DNA of 64,000 nucleotides from the human T2T-CHM13v2.0 reference genome, Homo sapiens: NCBI GenBank assembly GCA_009914755.4, contig CP086569.2, positions 18,240,001 to 18,304,000 of the forward strand, read 5' to 3'. Shown piece by piece: positions 52,290 to 64,000 of this stretch (position 1 is its first letter; each line of letters starts with the position of its first letter). The notes under the pieces were generated by a model. It saw only the letters and a program-made list of their open reading frames with translations, ran no database searches and was not told where the DNA came from. The position numbers and the translations under genes were made by a program.

Positions 52290-52650
52290 TTTATTAACAT
52301 GACATAATTTCTTACTATGGTATAAATGTTTCTGTTCCCTCAAAATTCATATGTTGAAAACCTAATAATCTATGTGATTGGTTTATGAGGTGGGGCCTTT
52401 TGGAGGTGAAGAAGTCATGACCGATTGGAGACCTTCTAAAAGTTACCCCAGAAAGCTTCCCTGCCCCTTCTACCATTTGAGGATTCAGAGAGAGTTCAGC
52501 AGTCTGCAACCCAGAAGGTGACACTTATCAGAAACTGACCATGCTGACACCCTGGTCTTAAACTTCTCAGGCAACAGAACTGTCAGAAATAAATGTCTAT
52601 TGTTCATGAATTACCCAGTTTATGATATTTTGTAATAGCACCTTGTATTA
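52290..52650 (+). mobile_element. Ancient LTR-like interspersed repeat (family with ...ccagcctccagaactgtgagaaataaat.tctgttgttt.taagccacccagtctatggtattttgttatagcagc...; name not assigned)
   Basis: ...aaaattcatatgttgaaaacctaataatctatgtgattggtttatgaggtggggccttttggaggtgaagaagtcatgaccg...ggcaacagaactgtcagaaataaatgtctattgttcatgaattacccagtttatgatattttgtaatagca. Confidence 0.45.
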
Positions 52651-54764
52651 GTCAGGGTTCTCTAGAGGGACAGAACTAATAGGATAGATGTATATATTAA
52701 AGGGAGTTTATTAGGGAGTATCGACTCAAATGATCACAAGGTGAAGTCTCATATAGGCCTTCTGCAAGTTAAGGAGCAAGGAAGCCAGTAGTGTCTCAGT
52801 CCAAGTCCCAAAAGCAGGGAAGCTAAGAGTGCAGCCTTCAGTCTGTGACTGAAGGCCTACAAGCCCCTGGCCACCACTGGTGTAAGTACAAGAGTCCAGA
52901 ATCCAAAGAACTTTGATTCTGATGTTCAAAGGCAGAAAACATCCAGCATGGGAGAAAGACAAAGACCAGAAGACTCAGAAAATCCGCCTCTTCCACCTTC
53001 TTCTAACTGCTTTTTGTAATCAGCTGGCAGCCAATTGGATGGTGCCCACCACCTTGAAGGTAGGTCTTTCTGAAGGTGGTTTTTCCTCTCCCTGACTCAA
53101 ATGTTAATCTCTTCTGGCAACACTCAGAGACATCCAGATACAGTCAGAAACAATACTTTGCATCCTTCAATCTAATCAAGTTGGCAATTAATATTAATCA
53201 TCACACAGTCCAAATGGACTAAGCCAATATTAAATTCCAATAGTTAAATTCAGCTCTATGAGGACAAAGACTTTGAGTGTACATAACTATGTGACCTATT
53301 GTTTTCAAATCCTTTGGATACATACCTAGATGTGGGGATCATATAGTAATTCTATTTTTAGGTTTTTGAGAAAACTCCATGAGGCTTTATAATGCCTGTA
53401 AAGTTTACATGCCCAACAAAAGTAAATGGTGTGTTTCAAAACTGTAAGAGAGTGCATTTTGAATGTTGTCATGACCAAAAAAAAAATTCAATGTAATAAA
53501 TATGTTATTTAGTTTGATTTTAAGCATTTTATACATATATCACAAAATCACTCAAATCCATAAATATATAAATATATGTCATTATAATTTGCCAATTTAT
53601 AAGAAAATAATATTTTTAAAAAAGACTTCTTTACAATAAAAAAGATTTTGAGAAATTTGCCCCTCAAGGTACATGAGAATATGCAAGAAGAATTAGTGTT
53701 ACTTAAGATTATCAATTCAAGTTTTCATCCATGTTTAGTTAAATCTGAATGTTCTTTTAAATCTTATTTTTGGAATGAAATGATCAATATAGAAAAATTA
53801 AACTTTTTAAATATATATATGTATTAGTATGTAAGATTTATGTCATATCTGTATAATTTCATTCAAATTACCTGAACAGAACATGGGTTGTGGTGAAAAT
53901 TTATAAAATGGGATTACTACCCCTGGTTTCTTATTGAAATGAGGTTTCCAACCCAAAAGCTTCAAATTTTAACAGGAAAACGCTATGCATTATGTAACAA
54001 AAGCACCTAGACAGTTATGGTAAAGCTGATAGAGCTTGAAGATAAAATAAAATTTTACTCTGTAATAACATCAATTCCTAATAGCACTTTTTCATATTTT
54101 AAGTGAAAATATTATGCTTTTTAAAGAGAAGATGCTATAAGGAAATATAAATGATAGGCTTTCACACAAAAAAATGTTTGCTGGCAATATCCAGAAATGG
54201 GTATTAAAATGGACACAATGCATTTTACTACAGCCATGAGCTATGTAAGACATGATGTTCTTCTTAGTTTACTGTGTTGGGCAAGGCCCAGTGTTTCAAT
54301 TCAGTTGAATCTGACTTTCACTCATTATTTAAATATGTTCCTTAATCTGCTTGAATCTTAGTTCACATATGCAAAATAGAAGTAAGCTAAATTTGATAGA
54401 CATACATTGTAGAGCTTAGTTACAAGGCTCATACGTGGTCAAAGAGGGAGAAATGTGAGATGGAAAAGATATGCCCTGCATGGAAAACTGTTCCTTGTGA
54501 ATAATCCAACTTTCCGGGTCCTGAGGAGAATCAATTTTTACTTGAAGTCTATCATGTGAAGACAGGTTGTAGAAAACACTTACAAAACGAATTGGACATA
54601 CCAAAGAGGTGACTGAGTCTCCTTTAGTAGGGGAGAAGGAAGTTAAATAGAAGTTGGAGACAAGATTGCCCCAGTTCTTGGCTGCAAACCTGAGTTTTTT
54701 TTAATGGGGGTAAAGCAGAATCATTTTACTTATCATGGATGACACTTAGGTCAGCAGTGAAAGA

Positions 54765-54784
54765 TAGGCAGACAGATACATAGG

Positions 54785-54841
<57 letters not shown>

Positions 54842-54930
54842 GATAGATAGAAGATAAATTAGATCAACAGGTAGATGGATGGATGGATAAGAGAGATGGG
54901 CAGGTAGATGGATGGATAGATAGAAAGAAG
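54765..54930. repeat. (GATA)n / (GATG)n compound microsatellite, left part
   Basis: (agat)n x ~18 uninterrupted then gatggatggatggata... Confidence 0.95.
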
Positions 54931-54938
54931 ACAGACAG

Positions 54939-55990
<1,052 letters not shown>

Positions 55991-56134
55991 AACAGATAGA
56001 TAATTAAGATGCACAAAGTTAACCATGAAAGTTTCACTTGAAAGCTACACTTTTCAGCTTTATTGTACAGTTTCCAGCTTCACTGAGGCATAATTTACAT
56101 AAAACACCTTTTAAAGTATAAGTTTTTATTTTAT

Positions 56135-56439
<305 letters not shown>

Positions 56440-57624
56440 TAAATTTTATGAGTTCTATTAATTTTACTATTCTGTGTAACCCCTGCCAATCAAGACAAAC
56501 CAGCTGGAACACCCTAACACATTTCTTTATTCTTCTTGCAGTCAATCCTTTTACATGACTCCCTGCCCCAGAGAAGCACAGATGCATTCCCCATTCCTCT
56601 GGTTTTGCCTTTTCTAGAATTTCATATAAATAGCATCTTGCATGTAGGCAGACTTTTGTGCATGATTTATTTCATTCAACATAGTGTTTTTTTAAGATTT
56701 ATCTACGTTGTCTCACTAATTGTTTTGCTTTTGATTTGTTGAAGAATTTTCATTGCAGGAAATGTATAAATTAAATATGTTTATTCATTGACTAGTTGAT
56801 GGATCTATGGTTGTTTTTCTTTTAATTTTGTGAATAAAGCTGCTTTGAATTCATGTACAAGTTTTTGTAGGTGTATGTTTTCATGTTTCTTTGATAGACA
56901 CTTAGAAGTGGGATTTTAGTATTTTGTGATTAGTGCATGATACAACCTCAGTCTTTCAAATAGATAAAACATTTATGAACAGTTGATTTCTTGCAGATTA
57001 TATTTCTTATATCTCCTCTAAAATGTTAGCAAACAGTGATGTTACTATTAAGGATTTGATAGCCTAAGAAGATGTTCTAAAATTAGAATTATATTACTTG
57101 ATGTGTTAAATGTACTTTATATTAACTCCATATGGTCAGTCAAATATTTATCTGAGAATAAGAGTACACCAGCATTTAATTTCTTCAATCACCACAGAAG
57201 TTTCTAGATTGTTTACATTGGCATCAACAGGATAGTATTGCAAACATACATCTCCAGTCAATGGTATGACCTAAATGTCCACCAATAGGTGGACATATGT
57301 AAAATTTCAACATATGTTAAATGTGTGTATTTTCAAGAAAGGTAGTTCCTTTAAAATACCCTATTTCATTCTAGACCACAGAGTGTATGTAAAAAAATGC
57401 AAGCTTATTATAAGCATCTTTGAAGTGTTTGTTCTATCCCTTTAGAGTACATAGTGAATAATTTTGGAGACTGGGTGACTATTTTTCATTCACCAGTTTC
57501 TTTTTCTCCAATTTTTCCTGTGTGACACTGATTCTTTTTATTCAGCAAAATAATGACTAACACTTTGAATACTTATTTTAAACCAATAAACAGAGACATA
57601 GGTTGTTGTTTGTTTATTAGGTTA

Positions 57625-57910
57625 TTATGTTTTATTTATTTATTTATTTATTTTGAGACAAGGTATCGCTCTATCACCCATGCTGGAGTGCAGTGGCATA
57701 ATCACAGCTCACTGCTGCATCTATTTCCCAGGCTCAAAAGATCCTCCAACCTCAGCCTCCAGAAGAGCTAGGACTACAGGCCTACATCTCAAAACCAGCC
57801 TTTTTTGTGTGTGTGCTTTTTGGAGAGATGAGGTTTTTCCATGTTGCCCAGGCCTGTCTCAAAGTCCTGGACTCAAGCAATCCTCCCATTTTGGCCTCCA
57901 AAAGTGAAGA
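57625..57910 (-). mobile_element. AluJ (minus) with (TTTA)n head
   Basis: ttatttatttatttatttattttgagacaaggtatcgctctatcacccatgctggagtgcagtggcataatcacagctcactgc...ggactcaagcaatcctcccattttggcctccaaaagtg. Confidence 0.85.
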
Positions 57911-58587
57911 TCTATTTTTTAAAGATGTGGATTCCTTCTGCAAGCCAATAGGATGAAGAACATTTAAAAATATAAATATGGCTTTGAAATTGTCAGAGTT
58001 CATCATTCTTCAATGTGACTCACTTATTAGGCACATTATTTGCTTCCTCACATTGTGTATTCCCAAAATGCTGATTTTATTGTGGGTGTGATTGTTGGTA
58101 TATGACTGTCTGATTAGAAACCATGAAAAAGTATTCAGTTCAACTTTTCTATGTTGTATATATTTACTGATTGTGAATAGATTACCATGTCATTTCTTGA
58201 GTTCAGAAGTGGCCAAAAGTACCCATGTGAAAAATTACATTTTTAAGTAAAACAATTATGCCATACTTGCACATTTATCTTTTCCCTCAAATGTAATTCA
58301 ATACAATGTTTTACACCACCAATGAAAGTCACCATAATGGTACCTTTCCTTTTGCAAGGCAAGTTATAATCTGATTATCATCCTTGATTGAACAAGTTAA
58401 ATCTAACTGAATCTTCTTTAGTCAGGGAAAGATTATGTTGTACCCTCTATCCGACGATGATTTTCTTGGAAAAGGCAGGCCAATATAAAGTATTAAAAGA
58501 ATTAGTTGTTGTACTGTTTAAATATGTAATTTCAAGCACTGTTTACAGAATTCTCAATTTGTGGGGTCCCCAACGGCTAATGGTTGA

Positions 58588-58937
<350 letters not shown>

Positions 58938-59519
58938 TTTATTTCTTCATTAAACTAGGGCAGGAGAGAAATAAGGGTTTAGAAAATAATTAACTTTAAA
59001 AATATCCTTAAATTAATAACTCTTTTTTCATTTTTAAAAATCCCCTGAGCATAAGAATACATGAGCGCTTTCCATTTTAAATGAATTTTTATCTTTTCGA
59101 TGTTTATTAAGATGTTACAGGATTTGCCGTTTAATCCAGAAGTTGTTCTATCATCAGAAAATAACATGCTACTAAAGAAAACGTAAACTTATTGGATAAA
59201 TTCACAGATATATATTGTGTAGATTCTAAAAGCTGATCTATATTTATTACATTATATTTGCTTTTAAAACCTACTACTTATGGCTTCAGGAAAAAATTCC
59301 CAGGTTATTTTTTTTCTAATCTTGTTTTATTCTCCTGAGATTGATAAGTAACTTATTTATCATGACTAATCTATCATGGCATGGCACATGTTGCAAATGT
59401 ACTCCACATTTTGAGAGTAATATTGATGTATGGATACTTTTAGGCCGTATGGCTATGAGGAAAACTCAATGATCTGGTCGAATACTTCACAAAAAAATGT
59501 TGCTTTGTTTTAGAATATA

Positions 59520-60230
59520 GTTATGTTTTAAATTTGAGATTGGTCTCTCTCTCTCTCTGTCTCTCTCTTATATGTATGTGTATGTATACATGTGTGTAGG
59601 ATATACATATCTATTAACTATTTATATATCTGTCATTTACCCATTTCTATCTATAACTTTTCTAAGCATTTGGATATATACTTACAATTGAAAATTATTC
59701 TACAGTTTTATACATATATATCTAAATATATACATCTAATATATATATAAATATATATATATAATTATATATAAATATATATTTTATTATACACATAAAT
59801 AATATATTTATAAAAATATATTAGATATATTTAGATATATATGTTTAAATATATATATTTAATATACATTTAATATAGATATATATGTTTAAATATACAT
59901 ATGTTTAAATAGATATCTCTCTGTATATATAACTGTAGAATAATCTACAATTGAAAGTATATATCCAAATGCTTAGAAAAGTCATAGATAGAAATGGGTA
60001 AATGACAGATATATAAATATATATCTAAATATATATAGATATACATTTGACAGATATATATGACAAATATATAAATATATATCTAAATATATATAGATAT
60101 CTAAAATATAGATATCTAAATATATATAGATATCTAAAATATAGATATCTAAATATATATAGATATCTAAAATATAGATATCTAAATATATATATATATA
60201 TAGTTTTTCTTTTGTTGTTTGTTTTTGTTT
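59520..60230. repeat. AT-rich region containing a ~88-bp-arm inverted repeat (59621-59708 / 59931-60020, ~94% identical) around a ~220-bp AT-rich spacer, followed by a 33-bp-unit AT-rich tandem array (60085-60195)
   Basis: arm1 tttatatatctgtcatttacccatttctatctataacttttctaagcatttggatatatacttacaattgaaaattattctacagtt; reverse complement of arm2 tttatatatctgtcatttacccatttctatctatgacttttctaagcatttggatatatactttcaattgtagattattctacagtt; tandem unit atatctaaatatatatagatatctaaaatatag. Confidence 0.85.
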
Positions 60231-60242
60231 GTTAATTTTTGA

Positions 60243-60450
60243 CAAACAGGCTGGAGTGCTGTGGCGCAATCTCAGCTCACCGCACCTCTGCCTCCCAGGC
60301 TCAAAGGAGTTTCACGACTCGGCCTCCTCAGTGGCTGGAATTACAGGCCTGTGTCACCACATCTGGGTAAATTTTTTGTGTTTTTAGTAGAGATGAGGTT
60401 TTTCCACGTTGCCTAGGCAGATCTCAAATTCCTGGCCTCAAGTATGTTTG
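60243..60450 (-). mobile_element. Alu fragment (minus, lacking poly-T end)
   Basis: caggctggagtgctgtggcgcaatctcagctcaccgcacctctgcctcccaggctcaaaggagtttcacgactcggcctcctcagtggctggaattacaggcctgtgtcaccac...gtttttagtagagatgaggtttttccacgttgcctaggcagatctcaaattcctggcctcaag. Confidence 0.8.
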
Positions 60451-60454
60451 GTTT

Positions 60455-60760
60455 TTAAATCTTCCATAAATAGTACTAACCCATGTATATCTTCATATAA
60501 CTTGCTCTTTTAGCTTAACATTAGTTTTTTCAGGTATATTCATGTTGAGATGTGTGTGTGTGTGTGTTTGTGTGTGTTTATACACACACAGAGTATATTT
60601 TGTTTTTATATCTTCCATAAATTATATCAACCCATATATATCTTTACATAACTTTCTCTTTTAACTTAACATTAGATTTTGCAGGTATATTTGTGTTGAG
60701 ATGTGAGATTGTGTGTATGTGTGTGTGTGTGCTTATACCTACACAGAGTTTCCCCAAATA
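60455..60760. repeat. Local tandem duplication of a ~150-bp unit, each copy ending in a (GT)n/(CA)n tract
   Basis: copy1 ...ttaaatcttccataaatagtactaacccatgtatatcttcatataacttgctcttttagcttaacattagttttttcaggtatattcatgttgagatgtgtgtgtgtgtg...; copy2 ...tatatcttccataaattatatcaacccatatatatctttacataactttctcttttaacttaacattagattttgcaggtatatttgtgttgagatgtgagattgtgtgtatgtgtgtgtg... Confidence 0.8.
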
Positions 60761-61569
60761 CAGTGTTTTGATTTTATGATGGTGTAAAACTGATATGCAT
60801 TCAGGGGAAACCGTACTTAGATTTTTCAGTGCTGATCTTTTCCTGGGCTAGCAATATGTAGTAGGGCATTCTCTCCAGATGCTGGACAAGAGTAGGGAGC
60901 CAAAGCTCCCAGTCAGCCCTGAGATCATGAGGGTAAGCAATTTGACTCCACAGTGAAATGTGTTGCCAAATGGTTTTGTTCAACTGCAGGCTAATGTGAC
61001 TGTTCTTAGCACATTTTAAGGTACGCTGGTCAAAGTCATCATGTTCAGTAAGCTAAGTATATTCAGTGCATTTTCAATTTACAATATTTTCAACTTACAA
61101 TAGGTTTATCAGAATGCAACCCCATCATAGCCCATCAAAAAGCCTATGTACTTACATAAAGTCATACATTGCTTAATAAGGGGGATACACTCTGAGAAAT
61201 GCAACATTAGGTGGTTTTACCATCGTACAGACGTCATGGAGAGTACTTACACAAACATAGGTGACACACATATTTTCATTTATTTATGTTTTTATGTGAA
61301 AAGCTAAATTTCTCAGCACTATTGCTTAATATCAGTCATTTTCCCTACTTGATCTGCAATGCCAGTATCAAGTGTGATATATTAGGTTTCTGTGTATGCT
61401 TCATTATAACCTTTAACTTTTAGGACTATATATATAAATATGTATATGATATATATGAGATACACATTTCCACATATATGCATATACATACACATATATA
61501 CACACACATATACATAAAACAGTCTTTGCTTGATATGGCTCTATATTAATAAACAATAAGTATTTTATT

Positions 61570-61745
61570 TATTCCTCTTTTTTTTTTTCTGAGACAGGGT
61601 TTCACTCAGTTGCCAGACTGGAGTGCAGTGGCATTGTCATAGCTCACTACAGCCTCAACTTCTTGGGATAAGGTGATCCTCCAGTCTCAACCTCCCAAGT
61701 AGCTGGGACTGCAAGTACATACCACATCACAACATCTGGCTAACA
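61570..61745 (-). mobile_element. Alu fragment (minus)
   Basis: tttttttttttctgagacagggtttcactcagttgccagactggagtgcagtggcattgtcatagctcactacagcctcaacttcttggg...cctcccaagtagctgggactgcaagtacataccacatcac. Confidence 0.8.
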
Positions 61746-62050
61746 GTTTTTTTGTTTTGGAGACAGAGTGTCTCTCTGTCCAGCCTGAGTTCAGTGGACA
61801 ATATCGGCTCACTGCAACCTCTGCCTCCTGCATTCAAATGATTCTCATACCTCCGACTCCCAAGTAACTGGGACTACAGGCATCGGCCACCATGTTCAGC
61901 TAATTCTTTTTTGTGTGTGTATTTTAGTAGAGACAGGGTTTCACCATGTTGTCCAGGGTGGTATCAAACTACTGAGCTCAGGTAATCTGCCCTCCTCAGG
62001 CTCCCAAAGTGCTTGTAGGATTACAGGTGTGAGCCACTGCACTTGGTCTT
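61745..62050 (-). mobile_element. Alu (minus), adjacent to previous Alu
   Basis: ggagacagagtgtctctctgtccagcctgagttcagtggacaatatcggctcactgcaacctctgcctcc...gtattttagtagagacagggtttcaccatgttgtccagggtggtatcaaactactgagctcaggtaatctgccctcctcaggctcccaaagtgcttgtaggattacaggtgtgagccactgcacttggtc. Confidence 0.85.
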
Positions 62051-62815
62051 GGCTAACTTGTAGAGTTAGGATTTCTTGGTCACACAGGCTATTGGTTCCT
62101 GTATTGATGAAAAATAAGATTACTTCCTGCTCACCTCTTACAGTATTCAAACTGTTAAATAAAATCTCCAAATGTTTCTCAGTGCAGAGACTGATGTGGA
62201 GTGCTTGTGTTTGACAGCTTTCATTTCTTTGGGGCATGTAAAATGTCAAGGAGAAACAGCCTAATTTTCTCTGTGGTATATATGATCAATGAGTGATACT
62301 TAATAATTTAGTACACAAACATATGTATGACATTTCCCGAACTACAGAGGCCAACAAAAGTCCGCAGAAGCCCTGTTCCTTGGGAGAACACTGTTTTCTC
62401 TACCCTCTGGGATTCACGCAGAGGAATAAGGACATCCTTCGGCAACTGCGTGTCAGCTTTGGGGTAACTTAGGAAAAGACTTACCATGTTTCTGTTTCAT
62501 CCCTCATTCTACATAGCCTGAATGAGTGTTCTTGTTTATTTGAGCATTTACGTGTCCATCTTCCTCTCTGTACATGAAAGCACCTATCCTTCATTCTGTA
62601 GTAAAAACACCCTTGCTATAATTGTCTATCTACACCCAGCTTTTTGTACCAAATATTTGGATGATTCAACCCTTTGCTTGTTGTCATGACCACTAGCACA
62701 ACCCTTGTCTTTATTTTTGGCAATAACCAAGTTCCTACACTCCTTCTCCTTAAGTAACTTGAAACTTGCTTTCATTTTTCCTCCATCCCTCCCTGGTATC
62801 TCCAAACAATGAATC

Positions 62816-63116
<301 letters not shown>

Positions 63117-64000
63117 TAAACCATGAATCTTCATTACAAAAGTTGTATTGCCTTCTTCTCTGTTCCTACGTGACAGTCTCAGACAATCAAATTCTGTCAT
63201 TCAGCTAGTATTTTCTAGTATTCCAATTCTTGCACAACTTCAATGTAATCTACACTGGAATATAAAATCCACTCACCTGACCTTTGTTCATTGTCTCTTC
63301 TCTCCCATATTTGGAAGTAGGAACTGTTTGAACAGCCCTGTATAACAAATAACATCGGCATTTACTTAGTACCTCTAGGAAATCTTTTGTGATTAACTAT
63401 AATCCCTCTTCCAAATCATTTTGAAATTTTAGGAAATATCATGGATAATCAGGTAATTTTATTTGATTAATTGGCTATTTGATAAATGTTCTATTTCTCT
63501 GTAACAGCTCCACTAACAAAACAAGTTAAACTCCAACGGGCTTTAAGTTCTCTCCAATGTCACAGAATATATTCCCAGTTTGCTATTCTTTTCTTAAGAG
63601 TGCATGGTATGTATATTGATATATCCCTTTTTACTGTCTTTATGTGACAATTATAAATAAATACTGATCAATAAATATATATTGCTTTGAGTGAGTGAAT
63701 GAGTATTTTGGGTCTAATTTGTAATATGCCTATTCTCAATCTCTTTTATATTGTTATCATTTCTTATTCTATATTTCTGCTGTAATCTAATTTTTGTGCA
63801 AAACAAAGATTGTTTCTTCCTCAAGTTGCTAATTTTTGCCAGTTAAACCTACTTGCTGGAATCAAAAGTACATTTTCATGTAAATGTAGTCACGTTTGTA
63901 TTTTTGGTAAAAACTTAATCTTTTTAAATTGCCTAAGATTCCTCTATTGATTTTTTTTCCTCTTGATGGAATTAATCTTCTCATTGTAAATTAAATAGCA

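Noticed and set aside
59982-60269. 95-aa minus ORF and 62-aa plus ORF with repeated YLDIYILDIYI / NIYRYLKYRYL
   Set aside because: Both strands of the 33-bp AT-rich tandem array translate into periodic peptides; artefact.

Overview
This window is primate, almost certainly human, genomic DNA. It is AT-rich, dense in interspersed repeats, and shows no convincing host protein-coding exon, so it reads as an intergenic or deep-intronic gene-poor region. Every substantial ORF in the six-frame track is explained by a retroelement-derived coding remnant or by translation of simple or tandem repeats. It is not a prokaryotic accessory region, so no operons, CRISPR arrays or defence-system cassettes are expected, and none are seen. 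Coordinates of repeat boundaries are approximate to about 10-20 bp.

Main content:
- 1-3640: a deleted class II (HERV-K-superfamily-like) endogenous retrovirus on the + strand. It retains the protease G-patch, RT N-terminus, an RNase H fragment, integrase, PPT and a 3' LTR, and carries an Alu insertion with a clean 16-bp target-site duplication.
- 3648-4089: a head-to-head inverted Alu pair forming a ~440-bp quasi-palindrome.
- 7385-20730: a compound class I ERV locus on the minus strand. A HERV9/ERV9 provirus is flanked by two LTR12-type LTRs (13803-14605 and 19914-20730). It keeps gag with an NC zinc knuckle, protease, an RT fragment, an env-TM fragment, a tRNA-Arg-like PBS and CTAG flanking repeats. 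It appears to have inserted into an older, related class I ERV (7385-13802; env, integrase, RNase H/RT remnants) that itself carries an internal ~140-bp inverted duplication in env.
- 41490-44000: a young L1PA-like insertion on the minus strand with a twin-priming-type inversion, a 26-nt junction overlap, a short 3' transduction and a 12-bp TSD. It keeps a 428-codon uninterrupted ORF2 RT segment.
- About 25 Alu copies or fragments (AluJ through a CpG-rich AluY), several MaLR LTRs (THE1/MST-like), and old L1 fragments.
- Large tandem arrays: a ~1.1-kb minisatellite (49080-50150), a ~1.2-kb compound GATA/GATG/GAAA microsatellite split by an Alu (54765-55990), and an AT-rich palindrome plus AT-rich tandem array (59520-60230).
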